Shown: positions 10,635 to 20,031 of the stretch, piece after piece | Numbering within the stretch: position 1 is the stretch's first letter | Layout of the letters: every line of letters begins with the position of its first letter | NCBI GenBank assembly: GCA_964462295.1 | Contig: CAYWXH010000003.1 | Location: forward strand, 9,653 to 73,652 | DNA length: 64,000 bases | Direction: 5' to 3' | DNA from: an uncultured Atribacterota bacterium | Lineage (GTDB): Bacteria; Atribacterota; JALVIU01 | Notes under the pieces: generated by a model | What the model was told of the DNA's origin: nothing | The model's input: only the letters and a program-made list of their open reading frames with translations | The model's database searches: none | Program-made: the position numbers and the translations under genes

Positions 10635-10651
10635 TATGGAAGGAGGTAGGT

Positions 10652-11854
10652 ATGGCACTTAAGGGTAATGCTATTATAGGGCAATCAGGTGGCCCAACAC
10701 AGGTAATTAATCAGACACTTGTAGGTATTATAAAAGAGGCAAGAAAACATGAAGAGATTGAAACACTCTATGGTGCTATTCATGGTGTAGCAGGAATTTT
10801 GGGAGATGAATTTGTCGATTTAGGAAACCTTTCATATCCGGAATTAGATTTAATAGCAAAAACCCCGGGTGCAGGTTTAGGTTCTGTAAGAAAAAAACCG
10901 ACAGAAGAAGAATGTATGTCTATGTTGCGCATGTTTCAGGCGAAGAATATTCGCTATTTTTTCTATATAGGAGGAAATGATTCTGCAGAAACTGCCTATA
11001 TAATTGATGACTTTGCAAAAAGAGAAAATTATGATTTGGTAGTATTTCATGTCCCTAAAACTATAGATAATGACCTTCTCGTTAATGATCATACTCCAGG
11101 ATACGGCTCTGCTGCACGATTTGTTGCTATGGCTTTTATGGGAGATAATCAGGATAATAAATCTCTTGGAGGTATAAAGATAAATGTAGTCATGGGAAGA
11201 CATGCAGGATTCCTTACGGCAGCCTCTATTTTGGCAAAACAGAGGGAAGAGGACGGTCCGCATCTTATATATGTGCCTGAGAAAGATTTTGATTTTGATA
11301 ACTTTTTACAAGATGTAGAAGATATTTATAGAAGACTAGGTAGGGTGCAAATTGCAGTATCTGAAGGGGTTCAAAGAGATGGAAAACCTATATATTCTAC
11401 AGGTTATACAGATTCACATGGCAATGTTCAACTTGGGACAGCTGGCGAATTAGGGGCATTCCTTGCCGATTTTGTAAAAAGAGAGTTAGGTGGTAGACTT
11501 CACAAAAAGCTTAGAGTAAGGGCGGACACCTTTGGATATATACAGAGGTCTTTTCCTATGCAGTCTGAGGTAGATGCTCAAGAGGCTTATATGGTAGGTC
11601 AAAAAGCCGTAGAATATGCTATAACAACAGAGAAAAGTGGAAGTGTAGCCATAAAGAGGTTAGGAACCGATATAGCATCTTATGGTTCAGATACCTTTAT
11701 TACGCCACTGGAATCTGTAGCAAGACATACAAAGTCCCTGCCATTAGAGTATATTTCTGAAAGGGGAAACAATATCTTAGATAGTTTTAAAGAATATGTA
11801 GGCCCATTAGTTGGAGTACTTCCTAAAATGGGGTATATAGAAGGGGTCAAATAA
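10652..11854 (+). CDS. pfp: 6-phosphofructokinase, probably pyrophosphate-dependent (PFP-type)
   Basis: 400 aa. PFK fold motifs IRYFFYIGGNDSAETA, PKTIDNDL, MGRHAGFL. Length and sequence favour the PPi-dependent group over ATP-PfkA. Confidence 0.75.
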   Translation: MALKGNAIIGQSGGPTQVINQTLVGIIKEARKHEEIETLYGAIHGVAGILGDEFVDLGNLSYPELDLIAKTPGAGLGSVRKKPTEEECMSMLRMFQAKNIRYFFYIGGNDSAETAYIIDDFAKRENYDLVVFHVPKTIDNDLLVNDHTPGYGSAARFVAMAFMGDNQDNKSLGGIKINVVMGRHAGFLTAASILAKQREEDGPHLIYVPEKDFDFDNFLQDVEDIYRRLGRVQIAVSEGVQRDGKPIYSTGYTDSHGNVQLGTAGELGAFLADFVKRELGGRLHKKLRVRADTFGYIQRSFPMQSEVDAQEAYMVGQKAVEYAITTEKSGSVAIKRLGTDIASYGSDTFITPLESVARHTKSLPLEYISERGNNILDSFKEYVGPLVGVLPKMGYIEGVK

Positions 11855-11874
11855 AAAACCGAAAGGAGGTGTAT

Positions 11875-11900
11875 CTGAAAAAGGAGGGTTCCTTTTTCAG
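11875..11900 (+). promoter_or_regulatory. Perfect 11-bp inverted repeat ctgaaaaagga-gggt-tcctttttcag between pfp and the next gene. Possible weak terminator or SD-sequestering hairpin.
   Basis: Read directly. The stem contains the SD-like aaggaggg and is followed by aagttttATG. Confidence 0.4.
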
Positions 11901-11907
11901 AAGTTTT

Positions 11908-13503
11908 ATGAGAAAAGTTAGAATTTTAGGTTTTACGCTATTAGTTTTACTATTGTTTACTACTTTGTCATTTGGTTCTTTGACCAGTGTTGTGCCTGAT
12001 AGTGCTGTATTAGTTATGGATGCAAACAATGCAGATAGTGTGATAGACTATCTATATAGTGATCAGATAAAATCTATGACAGGTGGAGAACTCGATATTG
12101 CAAAGGCGAGAGAAGATGTAAAAAATGAACTTGGATTTGATGCCTTGGATCCCGAATTTTTAAAGGGTCTCTTCTCTAATGGAATGACAATATCCATTAC
12201 AGGCTTTACTCAGATCGGTATTCCAGAGGTATTAGTAGTACTTTCTCCAAAAAATAAGATGAGCTTTTTAAAATTTGTAAAGGCCGTAGAGGATAAAACA
12301 GGTCTAAAAGAAGAAGTAGTGTCTTATAAGGGGATTAATATTACAAGATTGCCTATCCCAGATGTAAAAGAGAATGAGCCAAAAGAGCTTGCATGGTCTA
12401 TGTTTGGGAACTACATAGTTTTTGGCCTTACAGCTGCACCTGTAAAGGATGCTATTGAAGTCTTTAAGGGTGAAAGACCTGCAATTGATACGGCAGAGAA
12501 TTATATCGAAATTAGAAATAAGATAAAAGAGAAATTGGGAGATCTTCCATTTTTCTTCTATCTTGCAACAGATAAGTTTGCTACACTATTTGAGATCCTT
12601 AAATCTAAATTACCAGAAGAACAGGCAAAATCTTTGGAAAGCAGTATAGCTACTTTTTCTACTATGAGACCCATGGGGTTCTCAGGGGTAAGCACATCTT
12701 CAGGCTTTAGGGCATATGGCCTTATGGGTTTGCCGGATATGTATGTAAAATTATACAAAACCCTTACTTTCCCCAAACTTGAGTCTTTGAATCTCTTTCC
12801 TAAAAATACCTTCTTTTATTTAGGTGGAGTTATGCCCCTTTCTTGGGAGAAGATAAAGGATATTCTTCCTCCTGCGGCAAAAAAAGGAATAGAGGATTCC
12901 TTTGCTCAACTTAAAAATCAGACAGGGATGGATATCGAAAAACTTTTCTTAAGTTGGCTTGATAAAGAGCTTGCAGTTGGTGTATTTGATCCCTCAGGAA
13001 TGATTCCAAAGGTAGGTCTTATTCTTGGTTATACTAATCAAGATGCCGCTTGGAATGCTATAAACACACTTGCCTCTATGGCAGGCCCTGCCTTAGGTGC
13101 ACAACCTCAAGACAAAGAATATGAAGGTATCAAATACAAGGCTATTGAAAATCCTATGTTCCCTGTAGGTGCAGGGTTTGTAAAGGATAGGCTAGTAGTG
13201 GCCAGTGGCATAGAAAATATTATAGATGCTTCTTTAGGGAACATGGTGGGATTGGCTAAAAAGGCTACCCTCGGAGAGGCCTTGAGTACAGAAGGTCTTA
13301 CATCTATAATTTATATTGATTTTCAAGCTATCGTTTCTATTATAGAAAGGTTTGCAGGAATGGGCGGTGGATTAGATGACCAAACAAAAAAGGCACTTGA
13401 TGCCTTGAAAAAGGTAAAGGATATTGTATTTTGGTCTGGTTATGATAAAGGAATGGAATATTCCTTTATGTGGCTAAAAGTCAATAATGCTCAAAATCAA
13501 TAA
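11908..13503 (+). CDS. Large secreted hypothetical protein, possibly DUF3352-like
   Basis: ORF-track ORF 11869..13503 begins with GTG inside an SD. ATG 11908 (MRKVRILGFTLLVLLLFTTLSFG, signal peptide) is the likelier start. No catalytic motif recognised. Confidence 0.5.
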   Translation: MRKVRILGFTLLVLLLFTTLSFGSLTSVVPDSAVLVMDANNADSVIDYLYSDQIKSMTGGELDIAKAREDVKNELGFDALDPEFLKGLFSNGMTISITGFTQIGIPEVLVVLSPKNKMSFLKFVKAVEDKTGLKEEVVSYKGINITRLPIPDVKENEPKELAWSMFGNYIVFGLTAAPVKDAIEVFKGERPAIDTAENYIEIRNKIKEKLGDLPFFFYLATDKFATLFEILKSKLPEEQAKSLESSIATFSTMRPMGFSGVSTSSGFRAYGLMGLPDMYVKLYKTLTFPKLESLNLFPKNTFFYLGGVMPLSWEKIKDILPPAAKKGIEDSFAQLKNQTGMDIEKLFLSWLDKELAVGVFDPSGMIPKVGLILGYTNQDAAWNAINTLASMAGPALGAQPQDKEYEGIKYKAIENPMFPVGAGFVKDRLVVASGIENIIDASLGNMVGLAKKATLGEALSTEGLTSIIYIDFQAIVSIIERFAGMGGGLDDQTKKALDALKKVKDIVFWSGYDKGMEYSFMWLKVNNAQNQ

Positions 13504-14749
13504 TATAAAGAAGGCCCTTATTTGGGCCTTCTTTATTCTTTTATTTTCAACATCTGCCTTTTCTCATACGGCATCTACTACTATAGATGGGGGACTATGG
13601 CAAGGTACCCACTGGTATCACAGATTTATTCTTATTATCCCTGATAATCTTAAAATTAAAAATTATGTACTTTTGCATATAACAGGTTCAGAATCGATAG
13701 ATAGACCTCTTCCCTATCTCTCTTCCCTCTCTAATGCCTTAGGCATGGCCTGTGGAATAATCTATGATATTCCTAACCAACCTCTATTTGGCGGTTTAAG
13801 AGAAGATGCACTGTTATCATATAGTTTTGAACAATTTATAAAAACTAAGGATTCCCATTGGATAATTCTTAACCAGATGGCAAAAAGCGTAAGGGCTGCC
13901 ATGGATTACATAGAGGATTATTTTTCTCATCATTTTAATATTTCCCTTGAGGGTTTTATCTTATCAGGTGCATCAAAGAGGGGTTGGACCACATATATTG
14001 TTGGTGCGAAGGATAAAAGGGTTAGAGGGATAATTCCCCTCTCTTTTGATAATGTGAATTTCTTAAAAACACTTCCACATCAACTTGAGCAGTGGGGTGT
14101 TTATTCTTCTGACCTTTCTGATTATACAGAAAAAGGTATTGTGGATATGATGGCTACACCCATTGGAAAAAAGCTCTTAAAACAGATTGATCCATGGTAT
14201 ATGAGAAAGAAATTAAAAATACCCAAACTTATTGTTACAGGCACAAATGATACATATTGGACTATTGATGCAGCATCACTTTATTTTTCTGATTTATGGG
14301 GACCCAAATATATCTATTATATGCCCAATAGGGGGCATTCCTTGGGCTGGGATAGAAAGATATTTTCTACTATAGAAAAGTTTATTCTTTCAGTTGTATA
14401 TGGTTATAGACTTCCTTCCTTTAAATTTTCCTACGATTATACGGGAAAAGAAGATAGGGTTTATTTTCGAGTAAAAGGAAAAAAGATTCGACCAAAAGGT
14501 GTGAGTATTTGGTTTGCAACCTCGTATACAAAAGATTTTAGAGATGCTATTTTTCGGGAAAAACCACTCTTTTTTTCTTCTACAGAGAAGGCTTTTTTTG
14601 GCTGGATTTGGCTTCCTAAATCAAGGTTTATGGCATTTTATCCAGAAGTTGAGTATAATTTTCAGGATAAGAGCTATTATCTATGTGCGCCTGCTAGGAT
14701 AGTAAGAGGTCAACTTGCCCATCCGGAAATGGTCCCTTCTAAAAAATAA
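13487..14749 (+). CDS. Secreted alpha/beta-hydrolase-like protein, tentatively PhoPQ-activated pathogenicity-related protein (PqaA) family
   Basis: 420 aa. Signal peptide ALIWAFFILLFSTSAFS. Nucleophile-elbow-like LSGASKRGW. 17-nt overlap with the upstream gene. Confidence 0.4.
   Translation: MLKINNIKKALIWAFFILLFSTSAFSHTASTTIDGGLWQGTHWYHRFILIIPDNLKIKNYVLLHITGSESIDRPLPYLSSLSNALGMACGIIYDIPNQPLFGGLREDALLSYSFEQFIKTKDSHWIILNQMAKSVRAAMDYIEDYFSHHFNISLEGFILSGASKRGWTTYIVGAKDKRVRGIIPLSFDNVNFLKTLPHQLEQWGVYSSDLSDYTEKGIVDMMATPIGKKLLKQIDPWYMRKKLKIPKLIVTGTNDTYWTIDAASLYFSDLWGPKYIYYMPNRGHSLGWDRKIFSTIEKFILSVVYGYRLPSFKFSYDYTGKEDRVYFRVKGKKIRPKGVSIWFATSYTKDFRDAIFREKPLFFSSTEKAFFGWIWLPKSRFMAFYPEVEYNFQDKSYYLCAPARIVRGQLAHPEMVPSKK
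13507..13534 (+). terminator. Hairpin aaagaaggccc-ttattt-gggccttcttt followed by a T-rich tract. Lies inside the first codons of the 13487 ORF.
   Basis: Read directly. GC-rich centre, downstream attcttttatttt. Confidence 0.35.
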
Positions 14750-14858
14750 CATTTTAAAAATAGTATTCATAAGTCCAATAAAGTCCAAAAAAAGATTGTT
14801 TAAATTTATAAATTTTATATATATAAATATTTATTTTAATAGATTATATTTATTTAAC

Positions 14859-14887
14859 TTGTAGAAGATTCTTCGAAGTGATATAAT
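14859..14887 (+). promoter_or_regulatory. Sigma-70-type promoter with an extended -10, upstream of the PFOR gene
   Basis: TTGTAG (14859-14864), 17-nt spacer, TGaTATAAT (14879-14887). Lies in a 320-nt AT-rich intergenic region. Predicted leader ~175 nt. Confidence 0.5.
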
Positions 14888-15068
14888 GTAAAGGGCGTTA
14901 AAATAAGGATTTTAAAGAACTTTATTTTTAAAAATCGAATAAAATTTGTTTTATTTTCCTTAAAATTTTAAGGAGGTGATGTTAGACGAAATCTGATATT
15001 TTAAGATTTCTAAAATTTAATACCTCAAATACTCTGAATTTAATAAATTTCGAAAGGAAGGTAGAGCC

Positions 15069-18000
15069 ATGAAAAAGAAAAAAATGATGACTGTAGATGG
15101 TAATACTGCTGCGGCTTATGTAGCTTATGCCTTTTCTGATGTGGCCACTATTTACCCTATTACTCCTTCTTCCCCTATGGGAGAACTTGCAGACCAATGG
15201 GCAGCAGAGGGCAAAAAAAACATCTACGGAAATCCTGTTAAGGTCTCAGAATTACAATCTGAGGCAGGGGCATCAGGAGCTACCCACGGTGCTCTACAGG
15301 GGGGTGCCCTAGCTACTACTTTTACTGCATCCCAAGGTCTTCTTCTTATGATTCCTAACATGAATAAGATCTCTGGTGAATTGTTGCCAGGGGTATTTCA
15401 TGTAGCTGCACGTTCTGTTGCTACCCATGCACTTTCCATATTTGGGGACCACTCTGATGTAATGCATACAAGGGCTACAGGATTTGCTATATTGGCATCA
15501 GGAAGCGTACAGGAGGTACATGACCTTGCTGCTGTTGCACATCTTTCTGCAGTGGAGGCAAGGGTACCATTTTTACATTTCTTCGATGGTTTTAGAACCT
15601 CACATGAGATTCAAAAGATAGAAGTATTAGAGTATGATGCATTTGCCGAAATGATAAATATGGACGCAGTTCGTGCATTTAAGAAAAGTGCACTCAATCC
15701 TGAAAGACCTATAACTAGGGGTACAGCGCAAAATCCTGATATATTTTTCCAAAATAGAGAGGCTGCGAATAAGTATTACGAAAAGGTTCCTTATATTGTA
15801 GAAGAAAATATGAGAAAGGTGGCAAAATATACAGGACGAACATACCATTTATTTGATTATATTGGACCAAATGATGCAGAAAGAATAATTATAGCCATGG
15901 GTTCTGGTACAGAAGCTATAGAAAAGACCGTTGATTACCTAAATAAACAAGGAGAAAAGGTAGGTCTTGTCAAGGTAAGGTTATTTAGGCCTTTCTCAGT
16001 AGAGCATTTCCTCTCTGCTATCCCATCTTCAGTAAAGGCTATAGCTGTTCTTGATAGAACAAAGGAACCAGGTTCTGCTGGCGAACCTCTATATGAGGAT
16101 GTAAAATTTGCATTTTATGGAAGAGATGATGCCCCAATTATCGTTGGAGGAAGATATGGACTCTCATCTAAAGAATTTACCCCAGCAATGGTAAAGGCTA
16201 TATTTGACAACCTAAAGGCAAAACAACCGAAAGACCATTTTACAATAGGAATAAAGGATGATGTAACTTTTACATCACTAGAGTATGATGATAGTTTTAC
16301 TATACCAGACCCATCTGTTACAAGGTGTAAGTTCTGGGGATTTGGTTCAGATGGAACAGTAGGTGCAAGCAAAAATACCATTAAGATTATCGGTGATCAT
16401 ACAGATATGTATGTACAAGGATACTTTGTATATGATTCTAAAAAATCAGGTGGTGTTACAATATCACATTTAAGGTTTGGACCACAACCTATAAAAGACA
16501 CCTACCTTATAAGACAGGCAGACTTTATAGCATGTCATAAACCTTCATATATTACTAAATATGATGTTTTGGAAGGGATGAAGCCAGAGGGTGGAATTTT
16601 CCTTTTGAATACTCAATGGCCAAAGGAAGAGCTACTTGAGAAACTTCCAAATAATATGAAGAGGACACTTGCTCAAAAAAAGGTAAAGTTCTATATAATA
16701 GATGCATATAAAATTGCAGAAGAATTAGGACTTGGAGAGAGAATAAATACAATAATGCAGTCTGCTTTCTTTAAGCTTACAAATATCATCCCTTATGAAG
16801 ATGCATTGGTTTATATGAAAGATGCTGTAAAGAAGACCTATGCGAAAAAGGGAGAAGATGTCGTAAATATGAATATAAAGGCCATAGAAATGGGTGGAAC
16901 AGAGGTAGAAGAGATTACTGTGCCCGAAGAGTGGGCAACCCTCCCAGATGAACCAAAGGAGATAGATGAATCCAGGCCAGAATATGTAAGAGAGGTCGCA
17001 GATGTTATTAACTCTTTAAAGGGTGATACACTTCCTGTTTCAGTATTTGCACCAGATGGTACATTCCCAAATGGCCTTACGAAATATGAGAAAAGAGGAG
17101 TTGCAGTAAAGATACCAAAATGGAATGCAGAGAATTGTATACAGTGTAATGAGTGTGCCCTTGTTTGTCCACATGCAGCCATTCGCCCATATCTTGCAAC
17201 AGATGAAGAACTAAAGGGTGCACCAGAGGCGTTTAATACTATTAAACCCCTTAACAAACTCCTCAAAGATTATAATTTCCGTATCCAGGTAAGCCCCCTT
17301 GATTGTACAGGTTGCGGGAACTGCGCAGATGTATGTCCAGGAAAGAAGGGACAAAAGGCACTCGAGATGGTACCAATCGATGATATAAAGGATGTAGAGG
17401 CTATAAATTGGGAATTTGCAGAGAGCCTGCCTGATAGAAATCCCCTTGGAGATGGTAACTTTACGGCTGCCATGTTTAACAGACCCTTATTTGAGTTCTC
17501 AGGTGCATGTGCAGGGTGTGGAGAGACTCCATACATTAAGCTTGCCACACAACTCTTTGGGGATAGGATGATTATTGCAAATGCTACAGGTTGTTCCTCT
17601 ATTTATGGTGGTACAGCCCCATCTACACCGTATTGTATGAACAAAGAGGGGAAAGGTCCTGCATGGGCAAATTCTCTCTTTGAGGATAATGCAGAATACG
17701 GCTATGGTATAGCACTTGGTGTAAGAACTACCAGAGAAAATATGGTAGCACTTATGAAAGAGGCTATCTCTTTAGGAGTAAGTGATAAGATAAGAGAGCT
17801 CTTTACAGCCTGGATAGATAATATGGAAGATCCTATAAAAACAAAAGAGCTTGATAAAGAGCTAAGAGAAGTATTACCACCTGCAATAGAGAGCTCAAAA
17901 GGAAGACTAAAGGAAATATTTAAGAAACTATACGACAATAGAGAGTACTTCATAAAGAAATCCATCTGGATTATTGGTGGAGACGGATGGGCATATGATA

Positions 18001-18611
18001 TAGGTTATGGTGGATTGGATCATGTGCTTGCATCTGGAGAAGATGTAAATGTTTTGGTATTAGATACAGAGGTATATTCTAACACAGGAGGCCAGGCATC
18101 TAAGGCTACACAGACAGGTGCAATGGCAAAGTTTGCAGCAGCAGGGAAATACATAAAGAAAAAAGAGCTCGGCCTTATGGCAATGACATATGGTTATGTC
18201 TATGTGGCCCAAGTAGCACTTGGTGCAAATTTTGCTCAGACCTTTAAGGCATTTAAAGAGGCAGAATCTTATAAGGGTCCATCCATTATAATAGCATATT
18301 CTCCATGTATTGCACATGGTATAAAGAAAGGTATGTTCTCTATTCGTGAAGAGAAAGAGGCAGTAGATTGTGGTTATTGGCCAATCTATAGATATGATCC
18401 AAGATTAAGAGAAGAAGGTAAAAATCCGTTCCGTCTTGATGGGCCAAAAGAGTTAAATGGCAAGTTAGTAGACTTTATGAATGGGGAAGTAAGATTTGCA
18501 GGTCTTAAGACCCTCTTCCCAGATAGGGCAGATATGCTCTTTAAGAAGGCAGAAAAAGATGTGCAAGAACGATTTGAGAGATTAAAGAGATTTGCAGAAC
18601 ACGGATTTTAA
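15069..18611 (+). CDS. nifJ: Pyruvate:ferredoxin (flavodoxin) oxidoreductase, single-polypeptide type
   Basis: 1180 aa. N-terminal MTVDGNTAAAYVAYAFSDVATIYPITPSSPMGE. Two 4Fe-4S ferredoxin motifs CIQCNECALVCP and CTGCGNCADVCP. TPP-binding GDGWAYDIGYGGLDH. SD AGGAAGG. Confidence 0.9.
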   Translation: MKKKKMMTVDGNTAAAYVAYAFSDVATIYPITPSSPMGELADQWAAEGKKNIYGNPVKVSELQSEAGASGATHGALQGGALATTFTASQGLLLMIPNMNKISGELLPGVFHVAARSVATHALSIFGDHSDVMHTRATGFAILASGSVQEVHDLAAVAHLSAVEARVPFLHFFDGFRTSHEIQKIEVLEYDAFAEMINMDAVRAFKKSALNPERPITRGTAQNPDIFFQNREAANKYYEKVPYIVEENMRKVAKYTGRTYHLFDYIGPNDAERIIIAMGSGTEAIEKTVDYLNKQGEKVGLVKVRLFRPFSVEHFLSAIPSSVKAIAVLDRTKEPGSAGEPLYEDVKFAFYGRDDAPIIVGGRYGLSSKEFTPAMVKAIFDNLKAKQPKDHFTIGIKDDVTFTSLEYDDSFTIPDPSVTRCKFWGFGSDGTVGASKNTIKIIGDHTDMYVQGYFVYDSKKSGGVTISHLRFGPQPIKDTYLIRQADFIACHKPSYITKYDVLEGMKPEGGIFLLNTQWPKEELLEKLPNNMKRTLAQKKVKFYIIDAYKIAEELGLGERINTIMQSAFFKLTNIIPYEDALVYMKDAVKKTYAKKGEDVVNMNIKAIEMGGTEVEEITVPEEWATLPDEPKEIDESRPEYVREVADVINSLKGDTLPVSVFAPDGTFPNGLTKYEKRGVAVKIPKWNAENCIQCNECALVCPHAAIRPYLATDEELKGAPEAFNTIKPLNKLLKDYNFRIQVSPLDCTGCGNCADVCPGKKGQKALEMVPIDDIKDVEAINWEFAESLPDRNPLGDGNFTAAMFNRPLFEFSGACAGCGETPYIKLATQLFGDRMIIANATGCSSIYGGTAPSTPYCMNKEGKGPAWANSLFEDNAEYGYGIALGVRTTRENMVALMKEAISLGVSDKIRELFTAWIDNMEDPIKTKELDKELREVLPPAIESSKGRLKEIFKKLYDNREYFIKKSIWIIGGDGWAYDIGYGGLDHVLASGEDVNVLVLDTEVYSNTGGQASKATQTGAMAKFAAAGKYIKKKELGLMAMTYGYVYVAQVALGANFAQTFKAFKEAESYKGPSIIIAYSPCIAHGIKKGMFSIREEKEAVDCGYWPIYRYDPRLREEGKNPFRLDGPKELNGKLVDFMNGEVRFAGLKTLFPDRADMLFKKAEKDVQERFERLKRFAEHGF

Positions 18612-18625
18612 TAAGAGAGAAAAAA

Positions 18626-18660
18626 GCCCTGACAGCATCTACTGTCAGGGCTTTTTTATT
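18626..18660 (+). terminator. Rho-independent terminator after the PFOR gene
   Basis: gccctgacag-catcta-ctgtcagggc (10-bp GC-rich stem) followed by ttttttatttt. Confidence 0.8.
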
Positions 18661-18674
18661 TTGTCAAAAATTAT

Positions 18675-18703
18675 TTGCATAATTTGCATTATAAATGTAT
18701 AAT
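18675..18703 (+). promoter_or_regulatory. Sigma-70-type promoter for the 18743 gene
   Basis: TTGCAT (18675-18680), 17-nt spacer, TGTATAAT (18696-18703). The -35 hexamer is directly repeated (ttgcataa / ttgcatta). Confidence 0.45.
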
Positions 18704-18742
18704 ATAGAGTAAAAGTCGAAAGAAAAGGAAAGGAGTATATTT

Positions 18743-19312
18743 ATGTTTAAAAACAAATGGATGCTTTTTATCTACATTGCGATTATACTTATCTTTCTTC
18801 CTCAACTTATCTTTACATTTATGAACCGTCCGCAAAAGATAGAGGGAGATACAGTAAGTAATGAGAAACTACATTTTTCTCTAACACTACCCAATGACAG
18901 TTGGCATTTTTCTAATTACAGGAAGGCAAAAGACGGTGTTCAAATAGAGATGACTCTAAAGGATAGAAAAAAAGATTTTCCTGTTATTGTAGTAGGGGTT
19001 GTAAAGCCCAAAAAACCTCTATCTGAAGAAGAGCTAAATAAGTTTTTTTTAAATGTTCCAAAACAAAAGACCTACAAAGAAGGCGGAAAGATGATCTCTG
19101 GTGTGAATGAAATTACATTTAAAGGAGTTCCAGCACAAGAGGCAGAATATGACCTTACATTAAAAAAGGGTGATAAGCATTTTAGACTTAAATTAATACT
19201 TATACAAAAAGATGGGATATATTATATAATAAGTTTTGCTGCCAATTTTGATGAATATGATAACCAATATAAAGATTTTGAAAAATTCGTAGAACTTTGG
19301 AAATTTATATAG
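18743..19312 (+). CDS. Hypothetical protein with an N-terminal transmembrane anchor
   Basis: 189 aa. MFKNKWMLFIYIAIILIFLPQLIFTF TM segment. No recognised domain. SD GGAAAGGAG. Confidence 0.4.
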   Translation: MFKNKWMLFIYIAIILIFLPQLIFTFMNRPQKIEGDTVSNEKLHFSLTLPNDSWHFSNYRKAKDGVQIEMTLKDRKKDFPVIVVGVVKPKKPLSEEELNKFFLNVPKQKTYKEGGKMISGVNEITFKGVPAQEAEYDLTLKKGDKHFRLKLILIQKDGIYYIISFAANFDEYDNQYKDFEKFVELWKFI

Positions 19313-19327
19313 AACCTAGGAGAAAAA

Positions 19328-19507
19328 ATGGGTAAGCATGAAGTTTCTAAGACTGTCTCAATTAAAATAAATGGAGAGGGTATAGAGGTAAATAAATTTG
19401 TGGGAGAGTTTTTAAAGGGTGCGATAAGGGGAATTTTAAAAAGTTTAAAGGGAATACCTAAAGAATTAAAAAAGGTAGAGATTATTATAGAAGATGATAA
19501 GGGGTGA
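19328..19507 (+). CDS. Small ORF (59 aa) with a strong SD, immediately upstream of the AMMECR1 gene
   Basis: MGKHEVSKTVSIKINGEGIEVNKFVGEFLKGAIRGILKSLKGIPKELKKVEIIIEDDKG. AGGAG lies 7 nt before ATG 19328. Stop TGA 19505-19507 overlaps the SD of the next gene. Below the ORF-track length cutoff. Confidence 0.35.
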   Translation: MGKHEVSKTVSIKINGEGIEVNKFVGEFLKGAIRGILKSLKGIPKELKKVEIIIEDDKG

Positions 19508-19513
19508 TTGTAT

Positions 19514-20029
19514 ATGGAAAAGAGTCCTCATGCACATCTTGCAAGATTAACCATTGAGAAATATATAAGAAATGGTCAAATAATAGATGTTCCTCCAGAT
19601 ACACCTAGTGAGCTTTTAGAAAAAAGGGCAGGTGTATTTGTAACTCTTCATAAACATGGAAGATTGAGGGGATGTATAGGCACTTTTATGCCTACCCAGG
19701 AAAATATTGCCAAAGAGATAATAAGAAACGCTATAGCAGCGGCTACAGAAGATCCACGTTTTCCCCCTGTAGAAGAAGAAGAGCTACCTGAGATTGAAAT
19801 ATCTGTAGATGTGCTTTCTGAGCCAGAAGAGGTAGAAGATATAGAGGAACTTGATCCTAAAAAGTATGGCATTATAGTGGAAAGTGGTTTTAAAAGAGGA
19901 CTCTTGTTGCCCGACATAGAAGGTGTAGATACGGTAGAAGAACAAATAGAGATTACAAAGAGAAAAGCCGGAATTTATCCAGGTGAACCTATTAAGATAT
20001 ACAAATTTACTGTAAAGAGGTATCATTAA
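19514..20029 (+). CDS. AMMECR1-domain protein (AmmeMemoRadiSam system protein A type)
   Basis: [18 protein letters not shown] with the conserved Cys. Acidic insert. ORF-track start 19508 is TTG; ATG 19514 preferred. Confidence 0.75.
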   Translation: MEKSPHAHLARLTIEKYIRNGQIIDVPPDTPSELLEKRAGVFVTLHKHGRLRGCIGTFMPTQENIAKEIIRNAIAAATEDPRFPPVEEEELPEIEISVDVLSEPEEVEDIEELDPKKYGIIVESGFKRGLLLPDIEGVDTVEEQIEITKRKAGIYPGEPIKIYKFTVKRYH

Positions 20030-20031
20030 GT

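Noticed and set aside
14979-14996. Five-codon mini-ORF (MLDEI) after a perfect AAGGAGG in the PFOR leader
   Set aside because: The SD-to-ATG spacing is only 2-3 nt, too short for efficient initiation. It is kept only as part of the leader-structure observation.
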